From the NCBI GenBank assembly GCA_900318685.1, contig ONLL01000004.1, positions 30,694 to 94,693 on the forward strand: 64,000 nt of DNA, read 5' to 3'. Origin of the DNA: an uncultured Prevotellaceae bacterium. GTDB lineage: Bacteria > Bacteroidota > Bacteroidia > Bacteroidales > Bacteroidaceae. A program made the translations under genes and the position numbers. Of the stretch, positions 58,182 to 64,000 are shown piece by piece. How positions within the stretch are numbered: position 1 is the first letter of the stretch; the number at the start of each line of letters is the position of its first letter. Below the pieces are notes generated by a model. It was not told where the DNA came from and ran no database searches. It saw only the letters and a program-made list of their open reading frames with translations.

Positions 58182-59564
58182 ATGGCAGCAGAAGAACTGA
58201 AAAAAGAAGAGCAGGGACAAGCCCTGGAACTTCGCGACAGAGAGAAAATAGAGAACCCTGCAGGTTTGCTGCAGGATAGTTTGGGTGGCCTCGATAAGTT
58301 TGGCGGCTTCCAGATGCTCAAGGGCCTTATCAAGGGTGTTGAGAACATGGATCCACGCCGCAAGGCAGTAAAAAACATCTTCCTGCAAGACGCAGCTTAT
58401 GCTGACAACCGCAAGAAGCTGAAGAACGAGCTCGAGCTCTGGGTCAGCATTCTGAGCGAAGGTGCTACCGATCCCATGGAAGTTATCGAGAAGTGCAAGG
58501 CTAAGTGCGCCAAGGCTGAGAACAACCTGAAGAACAACCTCTTCACTATCCACGACGAGGTACGTAAGCTCGAGGTTACCTACCGTGCGCTCGACTCCTT
58601 CTTTGCTAATGCGGGGCAAGGCAAGATCGACTGCCTCACGCTCATGAACGTCAACAAGGAAGAGCTGGAGTACCATGATTCTGATGACACACTGGCTATC
58701 CGCGACGAGCTGGAGCGCTACTACGACCGTCTGAGTCTGAAGAACAACTACTCACTGCTCATCGTCCCTGGATATCTTGGCGACGCCAACACCATTCGCA
58801 TGTGGGCTGACACCGCCTATCGCAACAAGGTCATCATGCTCACCGACTTCAAGGACAGCCTGAACTTCGAGATGCTGAAGGACGAACTCGACGATGCCAA
58901 CATGCAGAGCCAAGATGCCAAGATGGCCAACGTTGTCATGACAGCCAACTACATCCTTGGCCGCAAGAAGAGCGAGCTTGCTGGTGAGGACGACGACCTC
59001 TATGTGCCCGCATCGGCAGCCCTTGCAGGACGTATGACCAACACTGAGGAGACCGTCATCGCACAGGGAGCCGCAGGCAAGAAATACGGCACCCTCTCCA
59101 ATGTCAAGGGAGCACGCATGGATCTGCGCAAGAGCGAGATTGCAGCACTCATTGACCAGGGCGTCATTCCTATGGTTGAGGAAGACGGACGCACCATGGC
59201 TTTCTCCAACCGTTCACTCTACAATGGTGCTACGCTGGGACTCCAGGAGTATCCTATCGTACGTACCTTCGACTGGATTGGCAAGGTATTCCAGAACTTC
59301 TTCAACGATGAGGCTTTCATCAACTGGAACTCGTCAGTGAAGGCTGAGCTGCAGCAGGCCGTCCACGACTTCCTCAGCGACTACAAAGGACCTGGCAAGC
59401 TCATTGAGAACTACAACCTTAAGGGCATCAATCAGGATCCTAAGACCAAGGACATCAAGATTGAAGTGGAGCTGAAGCCATTCTTCGCCGCTAAGAACTT
59501 CTTCATCGAACTCACTGGACACAATGGCCAGGCCGGCGTGGAGTGGGACCAGAACGTTTCCTAA
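58182..59564 (+). CDS. tssC: T6SS-iii contractile sheath large subunit TssC
   Basis: FGGFQ, NMDPRRKA, YDRLSLKNNYSLLIVPGYLG, AAGKKYG, LQEYPIVRTFDWI, PFFAAKNF. Confidence 0.9.
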   Translation: MAAEELKKEEQGQALELRDREKIENPAGLLQDSLGGLDKFGGFQMLKGLIKGVENMDPRRKAVKNIFLQDAAYADNRKKLKNELELWVSILSEGATDPMEVIEKCKAKCAKAENNLKNNLFTIHDEVRKLEVTYRALDSFFANAGQGKIDCLTLMNVNKEELEYHDSDDTLAIRDELERYYDRLSLKNNYSLLIVPGYLGDANTIRMWADTAYRNKVIMLTDFKDSLNFEMLKDELDDANMQSQDAKMANVVMTANYILGRKKSELAGEDDDLYVPASAALAGRMTNTEETVIAQGAAGKKYGTLSNVKGARMDLRKSEIAALIDQGVIPMVEEDGRTMAFSNRSLYNGATLGLQEYPIVRTFDWIGKVFQNFFNDEAFINWNSSVKAELQQAVHDFLSDYKGPGKLIENYNLKGINQDPKTKDIKIEVELKPFFAAKNFFIELTGHNGQAGVEWDQNVS

Positions 59565-59607
59565 ACAAATAACCATTTTTTATTAACCCTTTAAAAAGCT
59601 TTAGATT

Positions 59608-60012
59608 ATGGCAACAAGAACCGTAACCTTGAACGCTGACGGCATTGCCGAGCGCGAAGTAATGTACTGCCGTTATGAACTCAACCAGCAGACTGACGTT
59701 GAAGGTCAGCCCACTGGAACCACACGCGGTGGTAAGATCTATTTCAAAGTAAAGTCCAACGACGATGGTAACACCGACCTGCTCGAGTGGATGTGCGACA
59801 CTTACATGTCGAAGAGCGGCACCATCTCATGGCCCAACCGTCAGGGTGGCGAGATGAAGCACCTCGACTTCAAGGAGGGCTACATGGTAGAGTATGCCGA
59901 GACCTACGACAACAAAAACGAGATTCAGCAGTACGAGGAGTTCTGCATCTCAGCTAAGGAGATCGCTATCGGCAACGCCCGCCACAACAACCGCTGGACC
60001 ATCGACAACTAA
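59608..60012 (+). CDS. tssD: T6SS-iii tube protein TssD (Hcp)
   Basis: REVMYCRYELNQQTDVEGQP..RGGKI, LLEWM, LDFKEGYMVEYAE, H.NRW. Confidence 0.9.
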   Translation: MATRTVTLNADGIAEREVMYCRYELNQQTDVEGQPTGTTRGGKIYFKVKSNDDGNTDLLEWMCDTYMSKSGTISWPNRQGGEMKHLDFKEGYMVEYAETYDNKNEIQQYEEFCISAKEIAIGNARHNNRWTIDN

Positions 60013-60023
60013 TCATTCTCTTT

Positions 60024-60070
60024 CTGGCGACTTGCGGACCATCTCCGCAAGCCGCCAGTTTCACTATTTT
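60024..60070 (+). terminator. Intra-operon terminator-like hairpin after tssD
   Basis: ctggcgacttgcgga / tccgcaagccgccag (14/15) followed by tttcactatttt. Confidence 0.6.
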
Positions 60071-60117
60071 GGCTTCGCTACACATTATTATATTATACAC
60101 ATTATTATATATAGCAT

Positions 60118-62271
60118 ATGGATTTCCCCAATTTCGACTCAATGATCAATGAAGCCGCCTCAGCTGCTGAATCTGCAAAAGAAGCTGCAGGGGCCACTGC
60201 AGAATCTGCCGCACAGTCTGTAGGAGATGCTGGCAGTAAGATTGCTGACACAGCCAAAGAAGCCGGAAGCAAAGTTGCCGACAAGGCCGAAGAGGTCGGG
60301 AGCAAAGTCGCTGACAAGGCTGAAGAGGTTGGCAGTAAAGTCGCCGAGAAGGCCGAAGAGGTTGGCAACAAGGTTGTTGACACGGCTGAAGATGTCGGAA
60401 GCAAGGTAGCCGATGCTGCTGAAAATGCTGCCGACAGCATAAAAGATGCAGGCAGCGAGGCTCTTGATGCCGCCAAAGATGCTGGAGACAAGGCTGTTGA
60501 GCAAGCGAAAGATGCTGCCAACAAAGCCATGGATTCCGCAAAGGAAGTTGGCAACGAGATCAAGGATAAGGCGATGGAAGCCGCCAGCGAAGCCAAGAAA
60601 AAGATGGAAGAGGCCTACAGTAAGGCCGAGGAAATGGCGAATTCAGCCATGAACGAGGCGATGGCCCAAGCCGAGAACTTTAAGAATGAAGCTGAGAGCC
60701 AGATCAAGGATTCCGTTTCACAAATTGAGTCTGGTCTCAAAGAAGCAGCCAACGAAGCCAGTTCAAAGATTTCTGACGTTGCAAACGAGGCAAAATCGCA
60801 AGCAGAAGGTGCTTTCAACGATGTCAAGTCACAGGTTGAGAACACGGTATCCAATGTCACAGATACTGTGAAGAATGTTGCCGAGGGAGCCGAGCAGATG
60901 GCCCAGAATGCCATCGATCAGGCACAGCAGCAGATCGGCGACAAGATCTCTGAGATTCAAGACACTGCCTCTGGGCTCTATGATGATGCGAAAGGCAAGG
61001 TCGAAGGAGCCGTCAATGATGCCACAGAAAAGATAGAAGGCGCCATCAACGACCTTGAAAATGAAGCCTCACAGATAAAAGATCAAGTTGAGCAAAAGGC
61101 TCAGGAACTGATCGATGGTGCAGTAGAACAAGGTAAGCAAGCCTACGAAGCGGCCCAAGAGGAAATCAACAATGTCATTGAAAGCGCCAAAGAACAAGGC
61201 GAACAATTTGTCAACGACCTCAAACAAGAAGGCGAAAAGCTGGTTGAAGAGGGAAAGCAAATCGTTGACGACCTGAAAAAGGAGGGCGAGAAGTTCGTCG
61301 ATGACCTGAAACAGGAAGGTGAGAAGATTGTTGAGGAAGGAAAGAAAATACTTGATGACGTCAAGAAGGAAGGCGAAAAGCTAGTTGAGGAAGGAAAGAA
61401 AATCGTCGACGACCTGAAGCAGGAAGGAGAGAAGTTAGTCGATGGCCTGAAACAGGAAGGCGAGAAACTCGTTGAGGAAGGCAAGAAGTTCGTCGACGAC
61501 ATGAAGTCGGAAGGCGAGAAGCTCGTCAACGATGTCAAGGAGAAAGGCAAGGAAATCGTCGACTCAGTCAAGTCGAAGGGAGAGGATCTCCTCAATCAAG
61601 GCAAAGAACAACTCACTAATGCCGTCAACAGCCTGAAAAGCGGTGCTGAGAATACCCTCAACAACTTGGCTAATGGCTTGAAGAACAAAGGCAAGGAAGC
61701 TGCGAAGAATGCAGCCAAGGACATTGCCAGCAGCTTTACTGATGCCCTCGGCGGAGGCGATGCTCCCTTGTCCGGCGGTGGAATAGCCGCTGCTGCCTCC
61801 AGCGGTCTGGGAGGAATGGCCGCTGCCGCTACTGGAGGAGATGCAGGCGGAGCCAGCGACAACGATGCTTTCCACGGCAAGATAGTCATCAATGGCAAGA
61901 AATACGGAGTGGTAGAGGCCACTTACGAGTTTACACAGACCTGTGACAGCACAGGCAAACCTTCAGCCCGACCACGTGGAGGTCGCATCACGTTCACCAT
62001 GCCTTCGCAGAGTGACGATGATGTATTCTTCTATCGCTGGATGTTCAATAAGACCGAGGTGCAGGAAGGCTACCTTAAGTTCGTTGTCTGGGCCAAGCAG
62101 AACAAACGCAGCTTCAAGACTGTCAGCTTCAAGAACGCCTACTGTGTGGGGCTTCGCGACTTCTTCAACGACAGCGACTCGAAGCTGATGTACACCACTG
62201 TCACCATTGCCGCCGAGGTTGTAACCGTCGGCGCCAACGACACCGCTGAGTTCAACAACGATTGGACGTGA
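60118..62271 (+). CDS. TssD/Hcp domain protein with ~580-aa N-terminal 11-mer helical repeat extension
   Basis: C-terminal ~130 aa: YEFTQTCDSTGKPSARPRGGRI..FYRWM..FKNAYCV..FNNDW. N-terminal EEVGSKVADKA and KQEGEKLVEEG repeats. Confidence 0.85.
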   Translation: MDFPNFDSMINEAASAAESAKEAAGATAESAAQSVGDAGSKIADTAKEAGSKVADKAEEVGSKVADKAEEVGSKVAEKAEEVGNKVVDTAEDVGSKVADAAENAADSIKDAGSEALDAAKDAGDKAVEQAKDAANKAMDSAKEVGNEIKDKAMEAASEAKKKMEEAYSKAEEMANSAMNEAMAQAENFKNEAESQIKDSVSQIESGLKEAANEASSKISDVANEAKSQAEGAFNDVKSQVENTVSNVTDTVKNVAEGAEQMAQNAIDQAQQQIGDKISEIQDTASGLYDDAKGKVEGAVNDATEKIEGAINDLENEASQIKDQVEQKAQELIDGAVEQGKQAYEAAQEEINNVIESAKEQGEQFVNDLKQEGEKLVEEGKQIVDDLKKEGEKFVDDLKQEGEKIVEEGKKILDDVKKEGEKLVEEGKKIVDDLKQEGEKLVDGLKQEGEKLVEEGKKFVDDMKSEGEKLVNDVKEKGKEIVDSVKSKGEDLLNQGKEQLTNAVNSLKSGAENTLNNLANGLKNKGKEAAKNAAKDIASSFTDALGGGDAPLSGGGIAAAASSGLGGMAAAATGGDAGGASDNDAFHGKIVINGKKYGVVEATYEFTQTCDSTGKPSARPRGGRITFTMPSQSDDDVFFYRWMFNKTEVQEGYLKFVVWAKQNKRSFKTVSFKNAYCVGLRDFFNDSDSKLMYTTVTIAAEVVTVGANDTAEFNNDWT

Positions 62272-62326
62272 TGCATTGAGAATTGCAGATTGTTAATCGA
62301 AAATTCGTAATTCATAAATCCTTTCT

Positions 62327-64000
62327 ATGTCAATATCTGTAAAAAACATATCACTCAGCGTCAACGGCACTCCGTCAAACCAGTTCAAAATTGAGCTCGA
62401 CGGAGGCAAATACCGCATCGATGAATTGCGACTTATACAAAAGTTATTAGAGCCCTGTAAGTTGAAATTCAAACTGCGTAAGGATCCTGAGGAGGACATC
62501 AGTGAAATACAGTTTACTGCCTGTGGCTCTATGATTGGCAAGTCCTGCACGCTATCACTACAAACAGACTCTGTGGAACAGGAGATTTCAGGTTTTGCTG
62601 CCGGCTCTCAGAATGCAGATATCGAGTTCGAAGGAATCATCGTTTCCGCCAGAGCTCGCCGTTGTGAGACAGAGTTTGCCATTATCGTTGAGGCCGAGAC
62701 CAAGGATACTGCCCTGAAAGATCATCCCGACTGCAAGATCTACAACGAAGACACCCTTGCCAATATAGTCAACGAAGAACTGAACGGTGCTGAAGCAGAG
62801 GTGCAGCCGAAAATGGAAGACCAGATCTTCTATACTACGAAATACAACGAGACCACCTATGAATTCCTTCAGCGCCTGGCTAGAAGACACGGCGAGTGGA
62901 TGTTCAATACAGGCAAGAAACTACACTTCGGAAAGCTAACTGACCAAGAGAGTATCTCATTAGCTTACCCCAGCCAGGATCTTCCTGAGTACAGTGCCCG
63001 TCTGCAGACCTTCCACCCCAACTTCCGCTATTATGCGCTGGGACTCAACGAATATATGGTTGGATTTGCCTATAAGGGCGAAGAACAGGATGACACAGGC
63101 AACAAGCTAAACGATGCCACTTTCGCTGCTTCGAAAGAGGTTTACAAGGCCGAGACGAAGTACATGATGCGTGGTGCTACCCTCGAAGCTGATGAAAAGG
63201 TGGAGGCCAGCATGAGCGATCCCGACTACATCGAAGATGCAAGGGCTGAGCGTCAGGGCATCCGTGCCAATATGCTCGTTTATCATGGCAAGACCTTCTG
63301 CTCAAAGATGAAGATTGGCGCCAAGCTCACCATCAAGGATAACTACACCAGCAGCGGTTCCCTCTCCGACAAGAGCGAGGTGCAGCAGGACGAGATTCTC
63401 ATCACTGAGGTCATCCATAAAGTGAGCATCGACGACGAATACAGCAATGAATTCCAAGGTATCACTGCCAACATCGATTATCCCCCCTATCACGATCCCA
63501 ACATTTTCCCCCGTTGTGATCATCCCCTCCGTGCCCGTGTATCCGACACCAACGACCCAAAGCATTGGGGACGTGTCAAGGTGTACTTCCCTTGGATGAA
63601 AGAAAAGTATAAGGAAGACCACAAGAACGGTCAGACCCCATGGATTCATGTTGCCCAGCCTTATGTCTATACTGTCGAGCAGCAAAACAAGTTTGGCTGC
63701 CATCTCATACCAGAGCTTTTCAGTACTGTCTTCGTTAACTTCGAAGAAGGTAACTTCGAGCGTCCTTATGTCTCTGGTGCCCAGTTCGGCCAAAAGGAGC
63801 CCGTCGAAGAAGGTTGGTACGAGCCCGACAACAAGGTAAAGGCCATCCGCACCGCCAGTGGCCATACCATTGAGATCCACGACGTCATCGAAGGCAAGGA
63901 CTACCAGGACGGCGGCTTCATTCGTGTGTATGACAATCAGACACAGATTTATGAAGTGCTGCTATCTACGGATAAGAAACTCATCAAGCTGAACTGTAAG
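62327..64000 (+). CDS. vgrG: VgrG/TssI spike protein (partial; runs off the right edge)
   Basis: Manual translation from ATG at 62327: FEGIIV, YNETTYEFLQRLARRHGEW, DTNDPKHWGRVKVYFPW, TPWIHVAQPY, IPE..VFVNFEEGNFERPYV, IRTASGHTIEI. Confidence 0.88.
   Translation, partial: MSISVKNISLSVNGTPSNQFKIELDGGKYRIDELRLIQKLLEPCKLKFKLRKDPEEDISEIQFTACGSMIGKSCTLSLQTDSVEQEISGFAAGSQNADIEFEGIIVSARARRCETEFAIIVEAETKDTALKDHPDCKIYNEDTLANIVNEELNGAEAEVQPKMEDQIFYTTKYNETTYEFLQRLARRHGEWMFNTGKKLHFGKLTDQESISLAYPSQDLPEYSARLQTFHPNFRYYALGLNEYMVGFAYKGEEQDDTGNKLNDATFAASKEVYKAETKYMMRGATLEADEKVEASMSDPDYIEDARAERQGIRANMLVYHGKTFCSKMKIGAKLTIKDNYTSSGSLSDKSEVQQDEILITEVIHKVSIDDEYSNEFQGITANIDYPPYHDPNIFPRCDHPLRARVSDTNDPKHWGRVKVYFPWMKEKYKEDHKNGQTPWIHVAQPYVYTVEQQNKFGCHLIPELFSTVFVNFEEGNFERPYVSGAQFGQKEPVEEGWYEPDNKVKAIRTASGHTIEIHDVIEGKDYQDGGFIRVYDNQTQIYEVLLSTDKKLIKLNCK

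Noticed and set aside
57688-64000. Prophage tail or extracellular contractile injection system
   Set aside because: A split TssB/TssC sheath plus ClpV indicates T6SS; no capsid, terminase or integrase seen.
1-64000. tRNA, rRNA, integrase or IS transposase genes
   Set aside because: None recognised by eye; a tRNAscan/HMM search would be needed to exclude them formally.

Overview
Chromosomal window from a Bacteroidota genome, most likely Prevotella/Segatella-like. This is inferred from the TAnnTTTG promoter boxes, sprA, a T6SS-iii cluster and dockerin-like surface proteins. The housekeeping backbone (sprA 5' part, ruvA, purD, iorAB, mnmA, rsmA, pepD, corA, MATE, cyclophilin) is interspersed with large secreted repeat proteins. 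Two accessory zones stand out. (1) At about 36.1-46.0 kb: a UAG-rich candidate sRNA, promoter-associated repeats, and a VirE/VapE-like ATPase gene bracketed by inverted 11-bp arrays with 13-bp terminal IRs. The same zone holds four paralogous CLec-like (DUF1566-type) domains whose 3' ends vary mainly at NNC codons, the signature of diversity-generating-retroelement targets; no RT or template repeat is in the window. It also holds a PIN toxin-antitoxin pair between 63-bp direct repeats and a deleted four-helix-bundle gene inside heptamer inverted repeats. (2) From 54.7 kb to the end: a T6SS-iii operon led by a UpxY/NusG-paralog antiterminator (upxY-tssH-tssB-tssC-tssD, an Hcp with a ~580-aa N-terminal 11-mer helical extension, then vgrG). 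Short 7-9 bp tandem repeats occur across the window, including in-frame inside conserved enzymes. All family assignments come from motif recognition by eye; no searches were run.
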